From positions 704,001 to 768,000 of the forward strand of contig OZ252251.1 in the NCBI GenBank assembly GCA_965249725.1: 64,000 nucleotides of DNA, in the 5' to 3' direction. The position numbers were made by a program, and so were the translations under genes. The notes beneath the pieces were generated by a model, which had not been told where the DNA came from, searched no databases, and saw only the letters and a program-made list of their open reading frames with translations. The DNA comes from Longimicrobiales bacterium (lineage in GTDB: Bacteria > Gemmatimonadota > Gemmatimonadetes > Longimicrobiales > Gaopeijiaceae). Below, piece by piece: positions 19,201 through 27,738 of this stretch. Position 1 is the first letter of the stretch. Each line of letters opens with the position of its first letter.

Positions 19201-21520
19201 GACGGCGACGGTCACGGAGCTGGAGAACGAGACGCGCCACGCCTTCGAGGTGCGGGCGCGGAACCGCGTGGGCGAAGGCGAGGCGGCGAGGACGACGGCC
19301 CTGCCGCTTCGGCTGCGGGCGGAGTTGTTCAGCTCGCCGTCGGCGGCGGAGGGCGAGGCGCTCGTGATCGGGGTGCGCCGGAGCGGGGGGCTCGCGCTTC
19401 CGGCCCACGCCTACATCGGCGTGACGGACAGCGCGCTGCCCGGCGTGACCGCGACGGAAGAGGGGCGCGACGACGGGCTCGGCCGCCACCGGCTGGAGTT
19501 CGCGGCCGGCGCGGCCGAGGCGACGGTCGCCGTCACGGTGGCCTTCGACGGCGGGCGACGGCAGGACCGGGTGCTGAGGGCGACGCTCGATTCCGCGGAA
19601 TCGGAGGTCGACGGCGTGACGCGGGTCCATGAACTCGTCACGCCGGCACTGGTTGTTCCGGTGACGGAGGGGGACGCCGGGCTGTCGGTGGCCGATGCCC
19701 GAGTGCAGGGAGGGAGCGTGGTGCTGGCGTTCACGGTGAGCATGGACCGCACGCGGGACGCGGCTGTGCGGGTGGACTACGCCACGGAAGACGGTTCGGC
19801 CAAGGCCGGGGAGGACTACACTCCGGTCACGGGGACGTTGACGATCGCCGGCGGCGGGCGCGAGGGCACGGTCGAGGTGCCGGTGCTTCCGGCCCTGCAC
19901 GTGACGGGCGAACGGACGCTGACCCTGAGGCTGTCGAATGCCAGGGGCGCGGTGATCGACGACGCGTCGGCGACGGGCACGATCGTTCGCGAGTCGGAGC
20001 TGCCCAAGGCTTGGCTGGCGCGGTTCGGGCGGACGGCTTCGGACCATGCGGCCCAGGCGATCGCCGGTAGGTTGGAGACCGGTGGGCGGGAGACGCATGT
20101 GACAGTGGCGGGCCGGCGTGTGGACGGGCTGTCCGTGGGCGGGCTGCTTGCGGGGGCACTGCCTTCGCGCGGAAGGGGGCTGGCTTCGACGGCCCGGAAC
20201 GTGGTGACCAGACTGGCCGCGCCCGCTCGGGCGGTTTCCGGCGCCTCGGGGACGGGTCAGGGTGTACCGGGTGTGTCACCCGGCGGCTGGGGCGGGGCTC
20301 CGGACGGGTTCGGGCAGGAGTCCTCCAGAGATGCCGGGCAGGCGTTGCGCCGGGCGGTGCTTCCCGACTTCGGGTTCCGCCTGCCGGGGGTGGAGGAAGC
20401 GCTCCTGGGCAGTTCATTCTACGTCGGAGGCGGAGCACAACAGGCCGAGGGCGGCGGCACTTGGGCCGCATGGGGCGACGTGGCCGCGACCCGTTTCGAG
20501 GGTGACGCGAACGGGCTTGCGCTCGACGGTGACGTGGTGACGGGCACGGTAGGGCTCGACCGGCAGTGGCGGACACTCCTCGTCGGGATCGCGCTCTCGA
20601 GGAGCAGCGGTGAGGGAGGGTACGGCACGGGCGCCGGGACGATCGCGAGCACGCTGACGAGCGTCCACCCGTACGTGCGACTACGGCTCGCGGACCGCGC
20701 GCAGCTGTGGGGCGCGGCGGGCTGGGGCCGGGGCGGACTCGAGATCACGCCGGAGAGTGGGACCGCGCTCGAGGCGGATCTCACGAACAGGATGGGGGCG
20801 CTCGGCGGGAGGGCGGTGCTCGCGGGCGCCGGTGCGCTCGAGATCGCGCTCCGCTCCGACCTGCTCTGGACGGAGACCTCCTCCGACGAGACCGCTGGGC
20901 TGGCGGAGGCCGTGGGCACGGCGAGCCGCGGGCGGCTGATGCTCGAGAGCACGGGCCGGATCCAGGGGCTCGGAGGCGTCGTGCGGCCCAGGATCGAGGG
21001 CGGCGTCCGCTACGACCGCGGGGATGCGGAGACCGGACGAGGGTTCGAGGTGGGCGGCGGGCTCGGCTGGGCCCGGGGATCGCTCATGCTCGAAGCGAGT
21101 GGGAGAGTGCTCGTCGCCCACGCCGACGCCTCCTACGAGGAGTGGGGCTACAGCGGCTCGCTCGTTTACGCGCCGGGCACCGACGGACTGGGTCTCCAGA
21201 TGCGGGTCGGATCCACAGCGGGTGCGGCGGTGAGCGGCGTCCGCAACCTGTGGATGCTCGAGAACGCGAGCGGCCTGGTGCGCCCGGGCCACGGCGGGAT
21301 GCCCCTCGCGCAGCGGTTCGACGCCGAGGTCGGCTACGGGCTCGGGGGTGGAGCACTGTGTTACCCGTACTTCGTCGCCGACGACTCCGGGCTGACGAGG
21401 CTCGGCCTCAAGCTCACCTCGGCAGACGTGCTCGGCGTCGGCCTCGAGTTCGGGCGAAGGGAGGGTGTGGACCTCGGGCCGGAGGACACCATGCTCCTCC
21501 GGGGGGAGCTCAGGTTCTAG
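16205..21520 (+). CDS. Autotransporter-like adhesin: LRRs, PKD-like, Calx-beta, 2 SwmB-like repeats, 3 FN3, Calx-beta, C-terminal beta-barrel
   Basis: LPxGIFDxLTxL repeats; DYTAR/EDYTP Calx motifs; WSAPADDGGAPVTGYEYRY x3; C-terminal ELRF; native start apparently deleted. Confidence 0.85.
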   Translation: MALALPVPAQAQAPMPSVCDRTSQVRDVIVSEVSGVSNCANITTTHLAAILELDFDPANNRSIHSLQSGDFAGLTGLKVLNLHNNNPVGSGRTLTLPADIFDGLTSLEELDLGRNAIPSLPTGVFDDLTVLTDLNLNGGDIASVSANVFSRLSNLELLNLTSSAPALPAGIFDGLTKLTRLVLHSPSLSSGLTSIRSDLFDELTALESLSLQGFSLSTLPADIFDNLARLTELIIGNNGLTSLPAGIFNNLPGLTTLYVAGEAISSLPLGIFDNVTRLTYLGLYDNRLQTLPDDLFERLTALQALVFHGNPGMDSFVPTAVAGDNQAVAPGAAVTLDATASGGAWGTNVTYAWTQASGAPVDLTGAGTATPSFTAPDSAGDLEFELAVMGVSCGAYCQGDQPSALTSTGRVTVQVGPVVSITPGLQSVAEDAGEAVLTISLHRPAESALSVSWHTQDERADAPADYTARQDAVTFAAGEDRKTISVSIVDDAVREDPDPVYGLHENFWVILEAGQDYTRGDEFAAIVEIVDNDGDAPGDVTPPRLLQRTVNGTTLVLTYDETLDDASVPAVGDFVVQSGGNTINVSQVSVDGSRVTLTLAAPVQPNQAVSIDYTPGANPIQDAAGNDAAPLSGTDVTPPHLTRAAVNAGTLVLTYDETLDVASAPAPGDFVVTAAGNSVGVSGVSVGGSRVTLTLATAVQANQAVTLDYTPGANPTQDVAGNDAAALSGQAVTNNTPGSGEGSGGGGGDPSVPGAPASLTATAGDEEVEIVWSAPADDGGAPVTGYEYRYAAGDAVPGDTPWQSAGLNLEWTVTGLTNGQEYAFEMRARNSVGEGPARGALATPGGQPGVPSSLTATAGDEEVELVWSAPADDGGAPVTGYEYRYAAGDAVPGDTPWRSAGLSLQWTVTGLTNGQQYAFEVRALSRVGEGAARGALATPVGAPGAPASLTATAGDGEVELVWSAPGADGGAPVTGYEYRYAAGDAVPGAMPWQEADGDGTATVTELENETRHAFEVRARNRVGEGEAARTTALPLRLRAELFSSPSAAEGEALVIGVRRSGGLALPAHAYIGVTDSALPGVTATEEGRDDGLGRHRLEFAAGAAEATVAVTVAFDGGRRQDRVLRATLDSAESEVDGVTRVHELVTPALVVPVTEGDAGLSVADARVQGGSVVLAFTVSMDRTRDAAVRVDYATEDGSAKAGEDYTPVTGTLTIAGGGREGTVEVPVLPALHVTGERTLTLRLSNARGAVIDDASATGTIVRESELPKAWLARFGRTASDHAAQAIAGRLETGGRETHVTVAGRRVDGLSVGGLLAGALPSRGRGLASTARNVVTRLAAPARAVSGASGTGQGVPGVSPGGWGGAPDGFGQESSRDAGQALRRAVLPDFGFRLPGVEEALLGSSFYVGGGAQQAEGGGTWAAWGDVAATRFEGDANGLALDGDVVTGTVGLDRQWRTLLVGIALSRSSGEGGYGTGAGTIASTLTSVHPYVRLRLADRAQLWGAAGWGRGGLEITPESGTALEADLTNRMGALGGRAVLAGAGALEIALRSDLLWTETSSDETAGLAEAVGTASRGRLMLESTGRIQGLGGVVRPRIEGGVRYDRGDAETGRGFEVGGGLGWARGSLMLEASGRVLVAHADASYEEWGYSGSLVYAPGTDGLGLQMRVGSTAGAAVSGVRNLWMLENASGLVRPGHGGMPLAQRFDAEVGYGLGGGALCYPYFVADDSGLTRLGLKLTSADVLGVGLEFGRREGVDLGPEDTMLLRGELRF
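17818..18410 (+). repeat. Two near-identical ~290-bp SwmB-like domain repeats
   Basis: DVTPP...TLVLTYDETLD...DYTPGANP.QD.AGNDAA occurs twice. Confidence 0.8.
18455..19300 (+). repeat. Three ~285-bp FN3 repeats
   Basis: Near-identical DNA (gtcaccggctacgagtaccgctacgcggcgggagacgcggtgcccgggg) x3. Confidence 0.9.
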
Positions 21521-21895
21521 CGGCTGGGGCTCGGGGAGGTGGATACGCTACGGGCCCAGGCGGTCGCGCGCGCGGCCTGCCGGAGCAGCCACTCCGAGAG
21601 CGCGGCGCCGGGGGGTGCGTACAGCCCGCCCCCTTCGATGCCCGCCCGAAGTCCGGCTGGCGATATTCTCCGCTCGTGCGGTCAGACACTCTCGGTTCCT
21701 CCGTGGCGTCCGCTCCGGTCCCGGTCCCCCCGCGTTGGACGCCCCTGCCCGCATCGATGCGATGCACGGCGCTGTAGCCCGGGGCCGCGCCCGCTCGCGC
21801 AGTTCGCGACTCGCCTAGCAAACACACCCGCAGATCGCGTATCGGCCGTTGCCGCCGCGGAGACGCTGGCCGGGCACGTCCGATCGCGACCGGCT

Positions 21896-22037
21896 GCGTC
21901 CCTCGAGCGCGCGGGCATCACGACATCGACGCCCGGTCGGCAAGCGGTGGGCGATCCACACCTGGTGCGTCACCTCCGTCCTGGCCGCTCGCCGAAGCTC
22001 GCGACGACCTGCCGTGTCCCGGTGTTCACGGAAGCCC
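21896..22037 (+). pseudogene. Degenerate Cro-like HTH remnant
   Basis: LERAGITTSTPGRQAVGDPHLVRHLRPGRSPKLAT resembles phage-type small DNA-binding proteins. Confidence 0.4.
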
Positions 22038-22119
22038 GCAGCCGGGCCCGTGTGGCCCCTGTTCCCTCCCGGGGCAACGCGCCCCGGAATCCCTTCCGGA
22101 ACAGAACGGAGGCAGTCCA

Positions 22120-22347
22120 ATGTCAATAGGAATGGAACAGGGCATGGACGCGCCCGTACGCGTCCTGCGGTTGCCCCGAGTGCAGGCCCGCACCGGCCTC
22201 TCGCGGAGCTCCATCTATATGCGAGTGGCTGACAGGAGCTTTCCCCAACCGATCCGCCTCGGCCCCCGAGCCATCGGCTGGATCGAATCGGAGGTCGATC
22301 AGTGGATCCGAGACCAGATCTCCGCAAGCCGCGGCAACGCGGAGTGA
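22120..22347 (+). CDS. alpA: AlpA-family regulator / recombination directionality factor
   Basis: LRLPRVQARTGLSRSSIY...FPQPIRLGPRAIGWIESEV. Confidence 0.9.
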   Translation: MSIGMEQGMDAPVRVLRLPRVQARTGLSRSSIYMRVADRSFPQPIRLGPRAIGWIESEVDQWIRDQISASRGNAE

Positions 22348-22657
22348 TCTTAGACGTAAACCATCCCAATAGTTCGTAGTCAGAGAGGACAGGGGCCATC
22401 CACAACCGTCCTCCGGCACGCCTACGCTTCTTCGCCATTTCGCCGACAGTTCCTTGGCCTGCGTCGCCCACCTGCCTACGCCGATCGGGGTGACACCGCG
22501 CTCGGCGAGGTTGGTTCGGTTCGCCCTACAGCTCGTTCGCTAAGCCCCGCTACAGTCCACTGGATTCCCGTTCAGAAAGAGGGGTGTAATGAGGGGATAG
22601 CAGCCAGGTCATAAGCCTTATCTCTATTATTAACAATGCTTTATAATTATATCGGCA

Positions 22658-22730
22658 CGGCTCATGGACGATTGGGCTGCCTATCTGGCCGGGGGGCGTC
22701 GAAACCCGGAGGCCCGTCCGTTCCGGTTAG
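22658..22730 (+). pseudogene. Extreme C-terminus of a P4-type integrase
   Basis: RLMDDWAAYLAG, the typical terminal helix of P4-like integrases. Confidence 0.55.
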
Positions 22731-23150
22731 GGGCTGGCGAGGGGATCCCCCGTGAGAGCCCCGGAGAGCGCCGATCTCCCCGCCAGATGGCGGTCTAGCC
22801 CACCCGATTGTCTCCGGCACCGAACGCCAGCCGGCGCCGGTCCTCCGCCGTCAGCACCGGGTAGGCTTCCGGGTCAGCCGCCCAGGTGCGTTGTCCTCCA
22901 GAGCGGGGAATCACTACCCGCGTCTTCCCGGACCTCCAGGTCACTGACCGGGCGGCGAGTGCACCTCGAGCCGGGCCAGCTCACGCCCGCCGATGATCGG
23001 CCCGCTCGCTGTCCCCGGCGGGAGCTCCACGTCGAGGAGCACCAGGTCGTCCAGGCCCGCGTCTCGGTTGCACCGCCCCGGAGCGCGATCGGCAGCCAAT
23101 CGCGCACAGTCTCGCCCTCCCAGAGGGCGCCACAGGGGAAGCGTCAATCC

Positions 23151-23549
23151 TCAATCAACAGAGTCAAAGGCAATATCGCCATTCTTCCAAAGGGCTATTG
23201 CTACATCCATTTGTCCGTTGCGTTGCTTAATCTGGCCCTGCATGACGCATTCCCACAATTGTGTGGAGTTATCAGACAGATCGGGCGAGGTCTGCAACAA
23301 TTTAACCGCTTCAAGCGCGTAGCCCTTGTTGTCTATAGATCGTGTGTACCTTCCTGGAGGTATACCACGAATCAACCCCTCTTCCGCCAGCCCCAAAAAC
23401 GCGTTGCGTGGACAGCTCTTTTCCCGACTCGCCGTTTGTTCTGAAAAAATTTCCTCAGCGGATGTCTTCCAAGCTGAGATCGGGCATAGGCCGTTTCCCT
23501 CGCGTACTTTCTTAGCCGCACACACTGCAATAGTCCCGTATTTCGACAT
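23151..23549 (-). CDS. Uncharacterised protein (DUF6979-like), lower GC
   Basis: KSCPRNAFLGLAEEGL, NKGYA, QMDV motifs; GAGGAG SD. Confidence 0.7.
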   Translation of the reverse strand: MSKYGTIAVCAAKKVREGNGLCPISAWKTSAEEIFSEQTASREKSCPRNAFLGLAEEGLIRGIPPGRYTRSIDNKGYALEAVKLLQTSPDLSDNSTQLWECVMQGQIKQRNGQMDVAIALWKNGDIAFDSVD

Positions 23550-23610
23550 GTGCTCTCCTCTTCATTAAATTGTAGTCACGAACTCAGAGATGCTTTACGC
23601 ATACGGCCGC

Positions 23611-23967
23611 TCACGCGGGGATGATGTCATCCACCGCAACCCGAAGAGCATCGGCCAGCTTGCGAAGGGTGTGCACCGACCCGCTGTTGCGTCCCGATTC
23701 GATCTCGACGATCTGCACCCGGTTGACGCCGCAGGCGCGCGCGAGGGCGGACTGAGACAGTCCACGGTATTCGCGCCAGACCCGTAGGGGCGGTTCCCGG
23801 TCGATAAGTCGGTCGGCCACATGCGCCGGCACAAGTTCTTCCGCGCCGCTGGCGATTCTCGCCTCGACGGCCAGCGCCGTCCGTATATCCGTAAAATCTT
23901 CTTCCATGGCACACAGGCGTTCATACTCGACTCTGGGAATCGTCACGGTTTCGTTCATGATATTCAC
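23611..23967 (-). CDS. XRE-family HTH antitoxin
   Basis: WREYRGLSQSALARACGVNRVQIVEIESG; overlaps the toxin stop. Confidence 0.85.
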   Translation of the reverse strand: MNIMNETVTIPRVEYERLCAMEEDFTDIRTALAVEARIASGAEELVPAHVADRLIDREPPLRVWREYRGLSQSALARACGVNRVQIVEIESGRNSGSVHTLRKLADALRVAVDDIIPA

Positions 23968-24218
23968 TCCTTGTAGGCGCTGCCGCGGCTGGCCACATGC
24001 AGAACTCGCAGCACGTTTCCATCTCTCATTACTACGCGCCAGTCTCCCACCCGAAGGCGCACCAGTCCGTCTTGGCCCTTCAGACGTATGACGTTGTTGG
24101 CCTGCGACGCCGGGTCATCGGCGTAAGCCCGGATCTTGTCCCGGAGACGCTCCGCCCAATTACGGGGCATCTGGGTCAGGACCTTCAGAGCCGTACGGCT
24201 GTAGGCAATTTCTTTCAC
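23964..24218 (-). CDS. RelE/ParE-family toxin
   Basis: IAYSRTALK...RLRVGDWRVV...RGSAY; GTG 24218. Confidence 0.85.
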   Translation of the reverse strand: MKEIAYSRTALKVLTQMPRNWAERLRDKIRAYADDPASQANNVIRLKGQDGLVRLRVGDWRVVMRDGNVLRVLHVASRGSAYKE

Positions 24219-24789
24219 AGCAAGTATGTAGCGCAAGACTACGATGTAGTCAATAACGACAATGCCCCCTCCGGCGTTACTGTCGTTCGGAAGCTCTGCC
24301 CTGAGCACGTCCATGTCCCTGGAGCGCGACGTTCAGGGACATGACCGCCGCTCCCCGGCACCTGACGGGCCATGCATCGCCTCCTTGGTGCGCCTTGCCG
24401 CCTCGGCAAGGGTGCTCCGCCGCGCAGTGCGGGGGGTCCTCTCCGGGGGGGCACTACTCCATCACAGTGTCCGGACGCGCTCCCGGTCGCCGGCCAAGCT
24501 AGGGTGCCAAGTCGAGCCGAACAGGAAGCCGCGAAGCTCCCGGACGATCGTGACAAGCTCCCCGTCGATTTCCGGGAGGCTGTGGGGGGGGCAGGATGCA
24601 CGCGCCGATGTAGACAGCCAGGTCCCCGAGGGGTGCGCCTCGACCTCAGGCCGTGGTGGGGATGCCGTGGGAGTCCACGAGCGTATCTCGCCAGCGAGCG
24701 TCGAGACGCGGAGGCCGGACCGATCCGCTGAGGAGCCGGCTCATGACCCGTATGTGGACGCCCCCCGGGTTGGCAAGCCTGACTTCGAA

Positions 24790-25040
24790 CCGAGGTTGGT
24801 GGCAATCAGGTCCGGTACTGTCGTATGTCCGGCCTCTTGATGCAGCCCTCGTTGGCTGCGGGCCCGTATGGTGTTCGTGAGATCGGATCCAAATCGTTAG
24901 GTCGGGCTCGGTGGCCCTTCGGGTCATCCTGGTGTTTCCGATCCCGTCTTCCAGACCGTTTGCCCTTACCCGTTCTTGCGTCCTGCTGCCCACATCTCCC
25001 AGCAGCTTTCTCTGTTTGCGCTTCTCTCCTTTCGTTGGCC
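24790..25040 (-). ncRNA. Bridge/seek RNA of the IS110 element
   Basis: Two stem-internal-loop structures whose loop strands match the target and donor junctions; ends approximate. Confidence 0.8.
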
Positions 25041-25042
25041 GG

Positions 25043-26065
25043 TCAGGCGGCAGCGCGAACCCGATGGATCTCCTTCTTCGTGGTCAGCGCCCAGACCATC
25101 CGCGCCGTCCTGTTGGCGAGCACCACCGCGACCAGCATCTTCGGCTTGCGTGCCAGCATCCTGGCCAGCCACGGATCCGTGATCTCGCCGCGCCGGATCG
25201 CGTTTTGGACGACCGCCATGGCTCCCGTGATCAAGAGCCGCCGGAGATCGCGCTGGCCCATCTTCGATATCCTGCCCAGCCTCGGCTTGCCGCCGGTGGT
25301 GTGCTGCCGCGGCACAAGGCCGAGCCAGGCCGAGAAGTCGCGCCCGCGCCGGAAGCTCTCCATCGGCGGTGCGAAGGCCTGCAGTGCCATCGCGGTGATC
25401 GGTCCGATTCCGGGGATTGTCATCAGCCGCGCCGTCTCTTCGCGCTCCCGTGTGCTCGCCCGGAGCTTCCTGTCGAGTCCATCGATCTTCTCATCGAGCT
25501 CGTCGATCGGCCCGAGCAGCAGCCATCCCAGCTCGACGACCGCCTCCGGCAGGCCGGCGTCCCCGTCTTCCAGCACCCGGGCCAGTTGCCCGATCCGGGC
25601 CCTGCCCTGCGGAGCAACAACTCCGAACTCGGCGAGGTGACCCCGAAGGGCATTGATCGTCTGTGTGCGCTGGCGCACCAGCAGGTCACGCGTGCGAAAG
25701 AGCATCCCCTGACCCTGCTGCGCTTCGGTCTTGACCGCCACGAAGCGCATGGTCGGACGCTGTGCGGCTTCCGAGATCGCCTCCGCGTCCGCCGTGTCGT
25801 TCTTCTGCCTCTTGACGAAGGGCTTCACGTAGATCGGTGGAACCAGCCTCACCTCGTGACCGAGCGCCACGATCTCCCGGCCCCAGTAATGGGCGCTGGC
25901 GCACGCCTCCATCGCCACCGTGCAAGGCGGCTGCGAGGCGAGAAAACTCAGCAGCTTCCCGCGGCTCAGCTTCTTGCGGTACGCTACCGACCCGTCCGCC
26001 TTCGCCCCGTGTACCTGAAAGCTGCGCTTTGCCAGATCGATCCCGATGATGCTAACCTCCTCCAT
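25043..26065 (-). CDS. IS110-family recombinase/transposase
   Basis: GIDLAK, MEAC, KNDTADAEAI (DEDD); IPGIGPITA, WLGLVP. Confidence 0.95.
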   Translation of the reverse strand: MEEVSIIGIDLAKRSFQVHGAKADGSVAYRKKLSRGKLLSFLASQPPCTVAMEACASAHYWGREIVALGHEVRLVPPIYVKPFVKRQKNDTADAEAISEAAQRPTMRFVAVKTEAQQGQGMLFRTRDLLVRQRTQTINALRGHLAEFGVVAPQGRARIGQLARVLEDGDAGLPEAVVELGWLLLGPIDELDEKIDGLDRKLRASTREREETARLMTIPGIGPITAMALQAFAPPMESFRRGRDFSAWLGLVPRQHTTGGKPRLGRISKMGQRDLRRLLITGAMAVVQNAIRRGEITDPWLARMLARKPKMLVAVVLANRTARMVWALTTKKEIHRVRAAA

Positions 26066-26596
26066 TGGATGCCTCCTCCCTCAGATGGTCGAAAAATGCT
26101 CAGTACCATCTTGGCACATTGCGATGCCGCCGGGAGGGGGCGTCCACCCCATCGTTAGCAGTCATGAGCCAGCCCACGCAATGTTGAACATTGCGATCTG
26201 GCGAGGGGATGCTGCGCCCCCCTTCGAACCCCCGGCTTCCTGCGCCGCTGCCGGGGCAGCGGGCGGGCGGGGGGCGCCGCCCCCCGAACCCCGTCGCCGG
26301 TGCGCTCATGGCTGACCGCCGCACCGCCACCGCGCTCAGCGGCGCTCGATGTCCTTCCCGCACGGGACCCCTGGTCGGGAGCCCCGGATCGGCACCGCGC
26401 CCCCCGCGCCCGCGCCGGAAGCGCGAGGACGCCAGCCACATACGGACGCGGTGGCCTGCACATGGAAGCAAGCCTTTCGGTGTGCATGCACCCCATTTGT
26501 CTCATGTGCACTTGCCGATCGGCACCGACCCTCGCCGATCCGCGTCCAAGATCCGCCTCCAAGGAGCTGTCTCAAACGCCAGGTCGGGAAGCCCTC

Positions 26597-26862
26597 GATT
26601 CTCCGCGTAGATGTGGTTGATCCCCTACCGGTCGCGGATGATCTCGACGGGAGCCTGGATGCCGGGGAGGGTGAGGGTGGTGGTGGCGGCGAGGCCGGAC
26701 GGGGTGGCGGTGAGAGCCGCCACGCCCGGCCCTGCCAGTGGGGGCCGCAACGTCAGCCCTGGCGGCATCGGCTGGTGGCGGGGACTGGGCGGTGGTGGGG
26801 GCGGGCGCCGCGAGCAGGTCTCCCAGGGCGAGCAGGGCCCGTGGGTGCTGACAGTTCGGCAT
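26597..26862 (-). pseudogene. Penicillin acylase family N-terminal remnant
   Basis: LPGIQAPVEIIRDR*GINHIYAEN (TAG at the usual Trp, 26625-26627); frameshift after the signal peptide; truncated. Confidence 0.7.
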
Positions 26863-27186
26863 CGTGAGAGGATCTCCCGTTCTGGAGAGGATCGCGGTTG
26901 AAGCTGGAGCCGCATGCGTGGGCAAACACCTGACTGTGGCAGGTAAGGCGCACCGTGCCTGTCGCGCTTCCCCGCCACCCTGTGCAGAGAATCACGCTGC
27001 AAACCGAACAGTGGTACGCGAGATGCGAACAGGGGCGTCCCGGTTTGCGGATTCCACGGTCGCTCCCTAGCATAGAGGTAACTAGCGCCACCATGACCAC
27101 CCGGGTCGACCGGGGAGCCGACGGTGGTATGCGCTCCGCTTGCCGAATAGGGCCAAGCAGTTCTCATCACCAGGGGGGACCAGACC

Positions 27187-27738
27187 ATGAGGAAGCCCAT
27201 CTTCACATCCTTCGCGCTTCTGGCATTTCTCAGCGTGACCGCCTGCGAGCAGGGCACGCAGGACCAGAGCATGGAAGACCTGAGCCCGGCAAGCGTCGAC
27301 CACTACCTGCAAGCTTCCTCGTCGGTGACGCAGTGCCCGGGGACGGCGCCCGAGGTGGTCGCCATGGACATCACGGACGCCGCCAGCGGAGTCGCCATTG
27401 CGGCCAACCAGATCACGGTGTCCGAAGCCGGAGCGTATCTCATCGTGGCCGCGCCCCAGGTCGGTCGTGAGGGCGGCGGTCCTTACGGCTGCTTCGATCT
27501 CTGGCTGCGCGTCAACGGGACCGATGTGGCCAACTCCAACGTCCAGCTCTGCCAGGACGAGGGGAGCATGGCCAAGGACGTCATCATCTCGCAGGGCATT
27601 GTGCCACTCGAGGCGGGTGACATGGTCGAGGTCATGATGTCCGTCAGCAATCCGGAGGCGAACATCTGCATCGAGGCGATTCAGCCGGAGGGCGAACCGC
27701 TGGTGCCTGCGATCATCTTCTCGATGATCAAGTACTAG
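27187..27738 (+). CDS. Lipoprotein with TNF/C1q-like (BclA-C-like) jelly-roll domain
   Basis: VTAC lipobox; ITVSEAGAYLI, LWLRVNG, LEAGDMVEV strands. Confidence 0.6.
   Translation: MRKPIFTSFALLAFLSVTACEQGTQDQSMEDLSPASVDHYLQASSSVTQCPGTAPEVVAMDITDAASGVAIAANQITVSEAGAYLIVAAPQVGREGGGPYGCFDLWLRVNGTDVANSNVQLCQDEGSMAKDVIISQGIVPLEAGDMVEVMMSVSNPEANICIEAIQPEGEPLVPAIIFSMIKY

Larger units (their letters stand above)
24749..26154 (-). mobile_element. Complete IS110-family (IS1111-type) insertion sequence
   Basis: 12-bp subterminal IRs GTGGACGCCCCC 24754-24765 / GGGGGCGTCCAC 26136-26147; CG at both junctions; long 3-prime non-coding region. Confidence 0.9.

Noticed and set aside
17818..19300. Long direct repeats as a DGR template/variable pair or CRISPR
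   Set aside because: They are in-frame protein domain repeats; differences are not adenine-specific and no reverse transcriptase is present
22750..23140. Coding remnant between the integrase tail and the DUF6979-like gene
   Set aside because: Looks like degraded coding DNA but no family could be recognised
24240..24735. ORFs between the toxin and IS110
   Set aside because: Multiple stops and frameshifts, no recognisable motifs
26148..26170. IS110 target as an integron attC site
   Set aside because: GTTAGCA does not fit GTTRRRY, and no integron integrase or cassette array was seen
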